Of a stretch of DNA of 20,000 nt, positions 15,401 to 19,415 are shown one piece after another. This stretch comes from an uncultured virus (IMG/VR IMGVR_UViG_3300011977_000424) (Duplodnaviria > Heunggongvirae > Uroviricota > Caudoviricetes): IMG/VR virus record IMGVR_UViG_3300011977_000424; one strand, written 5' to 3'. The first letter of the stretch is position 1; the number at the start of each line of letters is the position of its first letter. The notes under the pieces were generated by a model. It saw only the letters and a program-made list of their open reading frames with translations, searched no databases and had not been told where the DNA came from. A program made the translations under genes and the position numbers.

Positions 15401-17457
15401 GTCTGGTAGGTGGTGCCGTCGCCTTGTGGCTGGCCGTTACGGTAAGCCTCGTTTACAGGAGTGGCAATTACAGACTGTCCACCAAAGGCAATAGCATTAC
15501 TGATGGCGCTCTTCTTGATTGTGAAGCCTAATTGCTTTTCAAGAATAACCTTTGCGGCACGCTCGGCGGCGGCTTTCTCCATACCATGTGATGTGAGGTC
15601 GGCGGCAAGCTTTTTAACGGCTCCTGCGGCTGCCTTCTCGCTTACCTTAGCACCAACACCACCTGGAATAAGATAACTCCACATGTCGGCGCCAAAGGTC
15701 ACGGCGCCACTGGCTACTTTGTCCCAGAAGCCTGCATGCTTCTGTTCATAGTCGCTGTTGGCCATATCCTCCAACCAATTCTGATAATTGGTCTGTGTGA
15801 GCTTGCGGCCTATCTGTCCGATAATGGAGTTACCTAAGCCGGTCTTTAGAATGTACTCCAGACTGCTCTTTGGCATCTGACGGGCCATTTCTGTCTGCAT
15901 GTAGCGGTTAGTAATGGCGTCGCCTAACTGCTTCTCAACATAGGTGCGGTAATAGTCGCCTAAGTCCATTCCTAATTTGTCGGCGTTGGCCTGCATCTGC
16001 TTGACAAACTCGGGGTTCTGTACGATCTTCTTCACCTGAGTAGCGAGATAGTCAAGCACCTTCTTTGGATCCTTGGCCTCGTTTGCTTGGCGTGTAGCCT
16101 CACCAACCATACCCATACGCATACCTCCAGGCATACCGGCAAAGTTGTCACTGTTGATTTCCTTCTCAAATGCTTGCTTGGCCAACTGGTCAAACTTGCT
16201 AATGGCATCATCAATGGGTTTCTGTGCCAGGTCGCCTATCATGTCGGCGGCTACGCGGCTATTCTTATCACGCTGGAGAAACTCTTGCTTGGTAAACATG
16301 CCACTGGTGAGCATACCGGCGGTGCCCTCGTCATAGCCTTTCTGCTGAAGTAGCTTTTGTGTGTATGCTTTCACAAGGTCATAGTAACCTTGGCCACTAT
16401 AACGGTTCTGGGCGCTGCGCTTATCCTCATCAGTCCAATTAGCGTTTGCCGTAACAAAGTTGGGAAGGAAGTCCGGACGATAATAGATCTCCTCAATAGC
16501 TTTCTTCACCTCCTCAGTGGTGGCGCCTTCTGGGATATTGCCTACTATCTTGGTGGCAATGTCGGCGGCACTCTGGCGCATATACATGCGGCGTGCCTCA
16601 TCGTATAGGACCTTCTTTGTCTTAGGAGGAAGGTTCGTTAGGTCTTTATCGGCATTAACAAGATCATTAACCTTATGAATGTCCGAAGCTCCGTTGGTTA
16701 ACTGCACATACTGATACATCTTGTTCAGCAAATCTTCGGTCTTGTATTGATCTCTATTCTCGACAAAGCCTTTTGAGGATTTGCCTTCTGGCAATTTTGC
16801 AGTAATAACTGCTTCTGGCTCCTGTTCCAGTTGTGGAACATTAGCCATTTGTGCCTGTTGCTGTGCGGATGGGGCCTGCTGTTGCTGCTCCTGAGCTCCG
16901 GCGAAAGGTTGGTTAGCCTGCTGAACGGCTGGCGTTGCCGGCTGGCCGTTGGCTGCTCTATCCGGGTCGGTTGCCTGCGAAATAAGGCCTGATGCGTATG
17001 GGATTTTTACATCCTGAGACTTCACCACAGGCTTAAATTGGTACTGCGACTGATTAATAGCCTGTTGCAGCAAACTGCCATTGAGCACCGGATTTTGTTG
17101 CGCTGCTTTCTGCTGCTCTGCGCGCTGTCTCTGTTGTTCCTGGGCTGTGGTCGTCGGTGCCTGCTGCCTCTGTTGCTGAGGTGCGGCGGCTTGGGCCTGC
17201 TGTGCCGGCTTGGCGTTTGGATCCTTAGTGTTCACGTAGATAGGTTTGTCAGTCTCTACAAACTGATAGCCGGCATCGTAGGCTGAGCTAAGATCATCCA
17301 TCTTAACATCACGCTCCGTGCCTTCTTTGTCTCTCATGCGGATGGTAGCATCTGGCATTTCACTGACAAACATATCTACTTTGTCGTTGAACTTATCGGC
17401 TGCAACAGTGCGCTGCTTGCCGTTCACATTCAACATGTATCTCTTGGTGTTTGGCAT
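1..17457 (-). CDS. Giant polyvalent internal-virion/ejection protein with a DarB-like methylase-helicase; 3'-truncated by the window edge (>5819 aa)
   Basis: ATG at 17457 (MPNTKRYMLNVNGKQRTV...) lies 23 nt after the stop of the 443-aa gene. The same frame is open at the window's left end (...FSLWRKVKHYLIRFLNKIG). Manual translation of long stretches shows no stop. The ORF track lists no long minus ORF here, as expected if no stop falls in the window. Many recognisable domains lie in this frame. Confidence 0.95.
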   Translation of the reverse strand, partial: MPNTKRYMLNVNGKQRTVAADKFNDKVDMFVSEMPDATIRMRDKEGTERDVKMDDLSSAYDAGYQFVETDKPIYVNTKDPNAKPAQQAQAAAPQQQRQQAPTTTAQEQQRQRAEQQKAAQQNPVLNGSLLQQAINQSQYQFKPVVKSQDVKIPYASGLISQATDPDRAANGQPATPAVQQANQPFAGAQEQQQQAPSAQQQAQMANVPQLEQEPEAVITAKLPEGKSSKGFVENRDQYKTEDLLNKMYQYVQLTNGASDIHKVNDLVNADKDLTNLPPKTKKVLYDEARRMYMRQSAADIATKIVGNIPEGATTEEVKKAIEEIYYRPDFLPNFVTANANWTDEDKRSAQNRYSGQGYYDLVKAYTQKLLQQKGYDEGTAGMLTSGMFTKQEFLQRDKNSRVAADMIGDLAQKPIDDAISKFDQLAKQAFEKEINSDNFAGMPGGMRMGMVGEATRQANEAKDPKKVLDYLATQVKKIVQNPEFVKQMQANADKLGMDLGDYYRTYVEKQLGDAITNRYMQTEMARQMPKSSLEYILKTGLGNSIIGQIGRKLTQTNYQNWLEDMANSDYEQKHAGFWDKVASGAVTFGADMWSYLIPGGVGAKVSEKAAAGAVKKLAADLTSHGMEKAAAERAAKVILEKQLGFTIKKSAISNAIAFGGQSVIATPVNEAYRNGQPQGDGTTYQTSVGKIVGHTVVNTAKNAAMGALMQGNTVGQFLTRGKGVWANVLGGQLGTAADAGIMGTSSLLERMASDPSFTPTGKDAAESFLESYVSLNLLGLPHKATKYLNFRNQQEFNRKFQFNDDDLHVLNEKGYAGLYDAFLKMGQDSRGPQEAEQPGVRSKADADYEVMRQHTPEYMQLLRDPDVPETTKAKMMNVIEGKRPDAFSPVINSEVTPDEYGDGATLTTYNQDGGVIDRRHYDSAADADKDNDRLRWQKEVNTTGALEGMYNNIYLQNDLRRQYEQVVSKQQRGEELTDEEKKAVYLFQNAKKFSDVAERRNRGEELTEDEANLFNSYRQVYNDLQQGTEAATMYAENFEASMGLSKGALQAAMKGHTKREATSLLQEGEQVVDAGDGHFRTPAEQRIVKAYQEALRADIQNAPPTIYDHATEERQQAGPGAQQSQEPEQPADQAPQDIDESPNVPTPPDAPRGLPPVDSGGTGGDGGVSPEKPVGPAGQQPAGQGPEAPQGGTGAGEGEAPLTPTQQRREAAYNHGASAAEDRSVLPQLEYENRLARHRMDMLFPMSEPKNAKFVHDLNALVEAGDDDAVQQFLDGQNLTPYQREAVEAYLDVQEAQAGQDDSIYQQTADYEQERREQLQTVVSDQGTIIPVLLDDGTEAYVKSGDVTNQYGGIIVVDEDGQTQQVPVRRIKQLGEAVPLNDALKADVDTFTMQLDDQYRNLRASVGLMPGMETDLRVAGKDLHVKVAGQDPNGNTIFEGEDGSRFALSPLEASGYVAEADYAKIEAQLQQEAQQNKANEQKDRFTTGIVGYNEGHPDYSAKGTDASAAAEYLRTTAPDGKTDGVLKNIQAEKDQLKEHERRIRFDLDRHTQWMETNGDMYTPEQKAQKDALIKRLQEELSDNLQRQRKWGEIRKGVMTGEQRAQFAQERANKVGKAVEHARAEVAKANPQVLAPEKPKELSGESLLANFPTQGDAERFITDKRMELQKQWSNGVGSEMADVRRLIGDYEDGAAELSDVEIQEAANRMAALEQQEKTLLQTQKQLKDTLGALTNIYAQRNAEEIKKLPPEEQRAAALSGAKNVQDLWKKAHEVYDGTEAGFLLDAEEPQTLEEFVASHLGPHTINWEGIERGGVKYTGLQQELGTRRGIGHGYDSNTINYFLAPKGHGKSVDAIVHEMWESALSTPGFENVGTQEIRNALLDLLSSARKPSDITYMIVRNRIADAEEFLRAQEEQERQYMEEEAAERQAKIQEYQDYLDAMSADEPSPEVEAYIDGLIADDIAKREEERQAYEEAINQMLPEQAELLNEIENGENQQQPTVAGSRRMDQEPQRPAAKTGNGQGETPVPRKEPSQPGVEGTHTAEPERKPAQAPVPTGNGHANGGVPVQSEAKSGEVGTSGDDIAVMEPESEAPLSVDKADSIIKAMSQGAVVDPEISLTPENWMSTFGFNNQIGTPIGKVKMGEHQYNKLVDKKRTKEFGMVSLTLTDPDVIFIEPSEAKEGTITERPYSYVFVKTFKKSDGTTTKYFTSVTVSQEGLEVSVSSHYNNENKIKQKLTEYRRKYTKQALLSNSSDRRLAEHQNDVPDLLPTQENNASSEGKGSENSATMQRNEQKNAPGNDTREKSASSGDIAAARKEVDTHPTDAQKEAGNYKKGHVKIDGYDITIENPNGSTRTGHGKDGKEWSVKMNYDYGYIKGTEGVDGDHIDVYLSDDPTTGNVYVVDQVNQSDGSFDEHKVMYGFPSKEAAIEAYKSQYEKGWKVGTVTEVSKDDFKAWVESSHRKTKPFADYKLAKDKAYVQQHLVIGGIPKPKSAPEEKPESKYKKGELVMYRGQMAKIDSVNEDGTYNVVSGPKYLPVTSMNVAEADIAGTTDAITKQAYNIMAANLKKQGKLMKPGLINAAIRDRDQAIDELTPRVEKGEQTGPFRGNKSVDLFSTLLKAMGERDALQDYMDHVRPEEQKQAEQANQEKQKQQKAKKDAEKKQEQSKAGGSKKRKTNNKIITDDAYEQLKKRMRDKLNNLNSGIDPELFMIGSQMAMYHIEAGARKFAEYARRMIEDCGDKIRPYLKAFYDAARQMDDMKEYRKEMSSHDEVDNFDVEKFDPTKEEKTAAEPIKVTDADSLLAEVNRRNEVAQASKPENSGKAANKPEEPEAPTVEAQAPEPIPSPTIGSTDGGEMIDKAEDNPGYSITQRWHKKKGIDIWVVNFTERFDRDKFLDLKKQVKSFGGYYSSFGKAGFVFESGEADAKKFAESVLGKQNNDETGNEPANTEAIASQAEAIASQAESVAETATTEDEVNDAQKKIDEQLEKVDEQLALLGFYKHDPNSPEHESYGYMKSAEKLALKDANRLAKEIYAALGQKTNKRNLANANLAPIGGDIYMKIDLPGTGKYIYINLNLDRNDFDDLVLGRIMYRLQGEGRSESNHFTAVDTPLSTFLEDMKRLARSTGYEVPETPAPKSKPTKAAKSKKATVQEPSLFDMIEPQNPKADEQLGIKTTDTVQPAAEDPAPQEGGNDNRTADAVEQYLNTLTPRKREMAKMLLNEKQDWGEGYKTVAEYIDQWAREGKNQVKMQKSHDGKKGYEILSDAGDHLHYIDEPTYEYAVLRGMKGDPERDKFYFVWNECGRPDLARINKILEQAKIDLALTQGSKHVLKRIEDFELMRNFIVRDMVDAIRSGKQPMQNDEQRDYLKRWIAEAQSAVGDEKFTQLVKKAVDEANKLIADYEKRKAAKQDEAASPLKPTDEDYLSEKNLLTLSSSKFFSALKDVNAKAAVRYASDHATDTADVLKQELTRLRDLRDQLTNSMNGSHTLNKHRHFEIELEKVKGQIDAAEELLARENAAHAEHPKLNIGDKVIYKGEPATVTDFETTGQPVLDTGLAPVMYEVADWEDITLPETKKPENSVSLPTEHEVKTDNHGQETTATGGGAEKPANPKPGVLGTAKTGSDAGVQAGGTGAASSAGTTGSKPGGHSGSVRRPGTRPTSSGDLFDRSDFGDTESPDAGTVHADGGRGGQRPVNGGLDKPDRGGRPAPTGSKTPASKPASKPKPEVKDDIRPDDHSTKTASEKEKPLNTRNYLYPDDATDIDNMNAGQRLRTNIRALEILRDCLRQGRPATPEERAELGKFRGWGGTDGSMWYDYDYMRRRGSADVAKLADILEEIDPHNEHKLLDDIQHAALTSYYTPVDVARGINHFLDRAGYKGGGSFLDGSIGSGVLEGTMPKSMQQRTQIYGTELDWLTGNIVKLLYPDANIRIIGFQDAGFPDNSMSVVGSNIPFGDIAVNDPSWKGTSEPVKKFAQSRIHNYFTVKNISLLKPGGIGYIMTSNAIMDTKGNQLVRKYIADNCEILGAVRLPDNAFKGAGTNPVTDIIFFRKYKDGEDKTATRTEQYLSDIETPFLSDYEEEIQQKWESAVVHYNGYYGKHPEMVIGNIKLGNQYRGDAYGLTSDLSTAEIAQKLTDLIDKYVVPASRKGKLYDTTKSSRQVYDAVREEYVGNGDYQGDGNIVEQNGKFGYLSKPKGDKSGTFQFLADPKLASQAAKIRLMIPVRTAMKQLIAEEIGGAEEAQVKLLRAKLKQAYNNFVAHYGRLNDKKNDFIKKDIDGYSILSLEKMNDGKFAGLSDIFEKSTIKSKIDLDSASTPSEMITLSLAEYGEIRPEYMESKLGPDWIDKVDGVVFEEPGGGYQMRDLYLSGNVKAKLKEAEAAAKMDHRFDRNVEALKAVQPADIPFIGIAIHMGARWVPDDIYTAFIQDLLGVDRYNANTGIVYSPEADVFNVYIEGYETSGKANEWKTEHCNNQKLIEAALTNNKVTVRLKDRDGHEYTDEDETNSANDKIDQIREKFEDFISAHHDISDRLTKIYNEKFNTTVIPKFDGSHLQIPGLQGKTLRPHQKDAVWMLINNRGGIIDHIVGAGKTLVMHSAIMEMRRMGIAKKPMIIALKATVPQMVKEFHEAFPTARVLAPMDNDFKKENRKQMLSRIAVNDWDCVILSHEQYGMLPHKEEIETGILQEQIDQLEAAIEILKQASGNSQLTKRQQKALEKRRERLKVKVQRLLDRKVDREFTFEDLGVDYLFVDECQQFKNLAYVTTHNRIAGLSNPEGSARSMALLCGARYLQQLHQGDQGLILASGTTISNSLVELYSLFQYIRPNKMKELGFNTFDAWAANFAECSTEGEFDYKGELVDKARFRNFENLAELAKLYTEVADVRNDLNLQLPKPKMNVHVVTVPASDSLKEITREVLNMVRNHHGGYFGIPDKTASGQDQPWALLATNISTKAAINVKLVKPDMDDGDGGKITYVCDNVKKIYDKFSADKGTQVIFCDLGVPDGKKEYDVYTDFINRLSTDYGIPKEEIFDIHKANTDKKRAELCKKMNDGTVRILIGGAKNAGTGLNIQQRMVAIHHVDMSWNPANVTQENGRGARQGNWLARDKNDDKVEVFYYATEQSLDLYKYQLVSTKQRMIDAFKVSASNGSEARSFDEGAAGDDSDFDPASVVALLSGNPIILDKSKMDKKVDKLIKAKRQYMVEHEQRVNQFYRDKRSLSNFEALKRGNARDQEIITDAGFKPDKEGKYPSTVTVTSDKHPEGQKFTKAGEAGKYIHSLLKKGEMVKLSGFGIDAEVGTPTTDLKISTQPVRKVILRAPSKIKYEGVLSDDDTAAGMTYRRMLEKVINNGKAYQQAIDEYKHKLEGGDPGEPNFPREAELAEALEQKKKIDAEYKKLTADNKDKKPEGDEGNKNSTNDISKRSSTALFDEFGQRWIEDQETSTGQHSTQIRSTEKTYIKIGNWMQREQERTGKTLTVLDASSGLGYGTMTLRGQSENGQSAGFNFTVDDVEPYPAEHREAGAPTFTDYAAIDKDYDVVISNAVLNVIPDDWRANVLSDMVRHMKTGGKLIINVRDAKEIEKQKQKIELDSPSEILVTDKKGKIRAYQKGFTQSELENWVQESLGNGFSVEAAGKVIPELKGARAVVVTKLTDQEGDKQYRLQVEAAQETAEQLGGMPVHFDNMSTISNESLRREIQGGDGTKGWYDWKDGSVHVYTPAMQGVDDVKRTVFHEKLGHEGLRALLGSDDAVKQFGTFIFESAGKELRDRILDKAEELGGVDLTDNNPYSEAAQEVFSDIAEEGPATPEEFSLWRKVKHYLIRFLNKIG
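530..1200 (-). other. Second class I SAM-dependent methyltransferase domain
   Basis: Motif I TVLDASSGLGYG (~1018-1053), DDVEPYP, DYDVVISNAVLNVIP (~835-879), HMKTGGKLIINVR, AYQKGFTQSEL (~634-666). Confidence 0.85.
1950..3800 (-). other. DarB-like SNF2/SF2 helicase (ATPase) domain
   Basis: LRPHQKDAV; Walker A HIVGAGKT (3697-3720); Walker B DYLFVDECQ (DECQ at 3208-3219); SGTTISNS; GTQVIFCD; GTGLNIQ; motif VI QENGRGARQGN (2173-2205). Confidence 0.92.
5100..6210 (-). other. DarB-like N6-adenine DNA methyltransferase domain
   Basis: N-terminal NIRALEIL...ATPEERAELGKFRGWGG and TSYYTP. SAM-binding motif FLDGSIGSG (5791-5817), ELD, catalytic NIPF (5605-5616), IHNYF, LKPGG, GAVRLPDNAF, TDIIFFRK. Confidence 0.92.
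6279..6680 (-). CDS. Nested overlapping gene (133 aa, acidic and helical) in the +1 frame of the giant ORF, just upstream of the methylase domain
   Basis: ATG after an A-rich leader (GTAAAGACAGATAACC-ATG) and a TATCTTTG -7 box. Gene-like codons (CTG, CAG, GAG, GAC). The host frame here is a G/T/S/P/R low-complexity linker. Confidence 0.75.
   Translation of the reverse strand: MDKKQQQQVEELRNQLIQSREYWAQQRLDLMQEFRPEELEQLLQQGQLEASLEDTQEAYDDQEHDLRVQGTYSTDQISEILRAQMQEQYMQTEDEEDSDPSMADWINQIVEDGQRRLAARRQQANQPQSPSQK
6712..6719 (-). promoter_or_regulatory. Internal Bacteroidetes-type -7 promoter element for the nested gene
   Basis: Minus strand reads GGAAAATTCCG-TATCTTTG-CCAAC, 31 nt upstream of ATG 6680. 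No clear -33 TTTG. Confidence 0.65.
8532..8642 (-). CDS. Possible nested small ORF (36 aa, Q/K/L coiled coil) in the +1 frame
   Basis: GGTAAACAGAATAACG-ATG...TAA gives MKQETNQQIQRLLQAKQRLLQAKQKVLQKQQQLRMK. Below the ORF-track cutoff. Confidence 0.3.
   Translation of the reverse strand: MKQETNQQIQRLLQAKQRLLQAKQKVLQKQQQLRMK
8570..8615. repeat. Perfect 21-nt tandem duplication (about 2.2 copies)
   Basis: TCTGCTTGGCTTGCAATAGCC at 8570-8590 and 8591-8611, then TCTG. Encodes EAIASQA x2 in the main frame and RLLQAKQ x2 in the +1 frame. Confidence 0.95.
9115..9430 (-). other. Helical module that recurs in polyvalent proteins; function unknown
   Basis: NKIITDDAYEQLKKRMRDKLNNLNSGIDPELFMIGSQMAMYHIEAGARKFAEYARRMIEDCGDKIRPYLKAFYDAAR. 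Confidence 0.55.
10050..10530 (-). other. Inorganic pyrophosphatase (InPase) domain of the polyvalent-protein type
   Basis: PTDAQKEAGNYKKGHVKIDGYDITIENPNGSTR...YDYGYIKGTEGVDGDHIDV (DGDHIDV at 10294-10314)...FDEHKVMYGF (FDEHK at 10210-10224)...FKAWVESSHRKTKPF. Confidence 0.9.
10590..10621 (+). promoter_or_regulatory. Consensus Bacteroidetes promoter, antisense to the giant gene
   Basis: TTTG (10590-10593), 20-nt spacer, TACCTTTG (10614-10621), then CC. Context: TTTGCA...AATTTTCACTACCTTTGCC. Confidence 0.8.
10627..10725 (+). ncRNA. Candidate structured (multi-stem, cloverleaf-like) antisense RNA overlapping the PBECR2 C-terminal tail
   Basis: Closing stem AAGCGTTATTCTCT (10632-10645) / GGAGAGTAACGCTT (10708-10721), 14 bp with two G-U pairs. 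Inner hairpins: GGA-aggagg-TCC (10652-10663), ACATCA-ttt-TGATGT (10667-10681), CAGCT-13 nt-AGCTG (10683-10705). The stem starts 11 nt after the -7 box. Confidence 0.65.
10730..11170 (-). other. PBECR2-like (phage Barnase-EndoU-ColicinE5/D-RelE fold) putative RNase domain
   Basis: LTPENWMSTFG...TPIGKVKMGEHQYNKL...GMVSLTLTDPDVIFIEPSEAKEGTITERPYSYVFVKTF...KYFTSVTVSQEGLEVSVSSH matches my recollection of the PBECR2 family pattern. Codons here look more A/T-ended than in the flanks. Confidence 0.8.
11229..11483 (-). CDS. Nested overlapping gene (84 aa, basic and helical) in the +1 frame, just upstream of the PBECR2 domain
   Basis: A-rich initiation region TTAAACGAAATAGAAA-ATG. Amphipathic helical product (AAGEWIKSLNDQQLKQEM...YQLAMAMLTEAYLY). 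Spans almost exactly a disordered linker of the host frame. Confidence 0.6.
   Translation of the reverse strand: MEKISNNPQLQAAGEWIKSLNDQQLKQEMAKAKRLCQEKNLLSPALKVRILQNRNVSQRKRQYQLAMAMLTEAYLYSQKQNQEK
14435..14544. repeat. 20-nt exact direct repeat with a 90-nt period (intragenic 30-aa repeat)
   Basis: TCGGTGAGCTCTTCACCTCG at 14435-14454 and 14525-14544. Protein: RGEELTDEE...RGEELTEDE. Confidence 0.9.
15120..15730 (-). other. Gly/Ala-rich hydrophobic/amphipathic segment of the giant protein (membrane-insertion-like, as in ejection proteins)
   Basis: Translation includes GFWDKVASGAVTFGADMWSYLIPGGVGAKV...NAAMGALMQGNTVGQFLTRGKGVWANVLGGQLGTAADAGIMGT...SYVSLNLLGLP. Confidence 0.55.
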
Positions 17458-17480
17458 AATGATATATGTTTGGGTTCTCG

Positions 17481-18812
17481 TTAATCAAGGAGTGAAGAAG
17501 CACTACCTGAACTCTTCTTGCGGCCACTGAACTTGTCAGCAATATAACCGTTGTACTGGTCGATGAGCTCTTTATTCCAGTTCTTCTTATCCCATGAGTG
17601 TATGTTATTCTGCTGCATGAAGTCGCGGCTCTCATTTGGATGGAGACGGCGGTTTCTTGCCCATATCCGGTAACGGTCCTTCTCATATCGCTTACCATAG
17701 GCCTGTTCGTTGGTGGCTCGTGTCGCTGCCCTGCTATGAGCTGCACTTGCCTCGCTGGCATCTGCACTGGCGTTGCTTGCTCTGGTCTGTGCCTGAACAC
17801 GTTCTCTAACCAACGGTGCCAAAGCTTCTTCGCGTTTATCTTTGTTGTTGATGGCTTCCGTCTGTGCTTCATGCTGTTTCTGCTGAGCTGCGATATTGCC
17901 TACATTAGCATCAGCAACGGCTTTCTTGTTAGCGGTATCACCTTCTATGCCTGCCTTGCGTGCTGCTTCGGTGTCCTGCTTGGCTCCATACAGTTTTTCC
18001 TGGGCTTTTGCCAAATCATTCTTGCGCTCATTGGCTTGCTGGTTCCAAAGCTGGGTAAGAAGGTTCTGGTTATTCTTGTCACGTTGCTGCATGGTGGCAT
18101 CGTAAAGTGCCTGTTGACGCTTGGAAAACTCAGGAGCTTCAATCTTCTGGGCTGGTCCTCCTGCGAGTGTCCCGGCAAAGTTGCCAAGGTGGGTGAGCAC
18201 TAAACCTAAGCTGTCCCACATCTGTTGCCGTTTGGCTTTCTTCTCCTCTGCTGCGTTCTGGGCTGCGCTCTTGGTTATGTCCTGGCCCTGCATGGCTCCC
18301 ATGACGTTGATAATGTCAATGGGCTTATCATTTTGATTGGCCCAGTTCCAATAGGAGCTAAGCACGTCGCCTATGCTATCGTTGCTGGTCTTTGCATAGT
18401 CGCTGATGCTCTGGCCGTGGTTCCATGCTTCTTCGGCGGTGTCGTAGATGGTTTCACCGTTGGGGCCAATATGAAAGCCTAATTTCGGTGGTTGGTTCAG
18501 TAGTCCGGCGGTCGGATCAGTCAGTGAGCCAAGTGAAGAAGGATCAACCTGCATTGAGGCTGGGTTATTCTGGCCTCCTGCCTGCTGATTCTGGTCTGTG
18601 GTTGGCTGTCCTGTTCCTCCGGTACCTGGATTATCGTCCCCACCTTGCTGTTGGCTCTGGTCGGACACATTAGTATTAGCCTTGGCATTTCCGGTGCCAG
18701 GGTTATCGTCACCTCCCTGTTGCTGATTCTGGTCGGTATTGCTATTGTCATTAACAGACGTGCTATCAGACTGCGGTGTGGTGGTCTGTTTCTTCTCTTC
18801 TTCTTCTCCCAT
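17481..18812 (-). CDS. Putative internal-virion/ejection protein (443 aa): disordered Q/G/N/D N-terminus, hydrophobic segment, coiled coil
   Basis: ORF track. Hydrophobic WDSLGLVLTHLGNFAGTLAGG is followed by a long A/Q/K coiled coil. Separated from its neighbours by only 12 and 23 nt. Confidence 0.85.
   Translation of the reverse strand: MGEEEEKKQTTTPQSDSTSVNDNSNTDQNQQQGGDDNPGTGNAKANTNVSDQSQQQGGDDNPGTGGTGQPTTDQNQQAGGQNNPASMQVDPSSLGSLTDPTAGLLNQPPKLGFHIGPNGETIYDTAEEAWNHGQSISDYAKTSNDSIGDVLSSYWNWANQNDKPIDIINVMGAMQGQDITKSAAQNAAEEKKAKRQQMWDSLGLVLTHLGNFAGTLAGGPAQKIEAPEFSKRQQALYDATMQQRDKNNQNLLTQLWNQQANERKNDLAKAQEKLYGAKQDTEAARKAGIEGDTANKKAVADANVGNIAAQQKQHEAQTEAINNKDKREEALAPLVRERVQAQTRASNASADASEASAAHSRAATRATNEQAYGKRYEKDRYRIWARNRRLHPNESRDFMQQNNIHSWDKKNWNKELIDQYNGYIADKFSGRKKSSGSASSLLD
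18560..18738. repeat. Imperfect peptide repeats DQ(N/S)QQQGGDDNPGTG in the 443-aa gene
   Basis: Two copies 72 nt apart (~18619-18665 and ~18691-18738) plus a degenerate third (DQNQQAGGQNNP). Confidence 0.85.
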
Positions 18813-18824
18813 ATCTCAGTCCTT

Positions 18825-19328
18825 TTACCATGGTAAACTATTTGCGGCACTGGCAAGTCCTCCGGCGGCGCTGCTAATAGCACTCGCCTTGGCTTGTGCC
18901 TGGCCTAACTTTGCGTCTGCAAGATACTTTGAGAAAGTGTCAATCTGATTGTCGGCACTCTGCCAGGCTTGATCCTTGCGCGCCTGCCCACTCGCGGCCT
19001 GCTGCTGCATCATATTGCCAACGGTGCCTGCTGCTGCCTGTTTGGCCATGGCTGCACTCTCGTCGCTGCCTCCGGTCACAATGCTTGTGGCCTGAGCACG
19101 TGCATTAGCATCATCAAGTACTTGCTGGGCTTGCGTAACGGCGGCCTGGTTCTCGGCGCTCTGCGTCGGGTCCTGGTAGTACACTGCATCACGATGTGCC
19201 TTCACATCGTTAATGCGGTTATTGTATAGCTCCTGCTGCTGGCGGTAGCCTTTGGCAAGCGCCTTGCCGGCAAAGATTCCACCGGCTGCGCTGGCGGCTC
19301 CACCTATAATGCCTCCAATAAGTCCCAT
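18825..19328 (-). CDS. Putative DNA pilot/ejection protein (167 aa; architecture like P22 gp7 or T7 gp14)
   Basis: N-terminal Gly/Ala hydrophobic helix MGLIGGIIGGAASAAGGIFAG, Q/A coiled-coil middle, Gly/Ala C-terminus AISSAAGGLASAA. A-rich leader. Function inferred from architecture only. Confidence 0.85.
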   Translation of the reverse strand: MGLIGGIIGGAASAAGGIFAGKALAKGYRQQQELYNNRINDVKAHRDAVYYQDPTQSAENQAAVTQAQQVLDDANARAQATSIVTGGSDESAAMAKQAAAGTVGNMMQQQAASGQARKDQAWQSADNQIDTFSKYLADAKLGQAQAKASAISSAAGGLASAANSLPW

Positions 19329-19347
19329 ATTATTTCAGTTTTTATAT

Positions 19348-19377
19348 TTTGTGAACAAAAATAATGTATTAGCTTTG
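19348..19377. promoter_or_regulatory. Overlapping divergent Bacteroidetes-type promoters
   Basis: Plus strand: TTTG (19348-19351)-N18-TAGCTTTG (19370-19377)-CC. Minus strand: TATTTTTG (complement of 19356-19363), 27 nt upstream of ATG 19328. Both lie in an AT-rich 87-nt intergenic gap. Confidence 0.7.
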
Positions 19378-19415
19378 CCACACAGTCATAAAATACCAAA
19401 TCAGAAAGGGACGAT

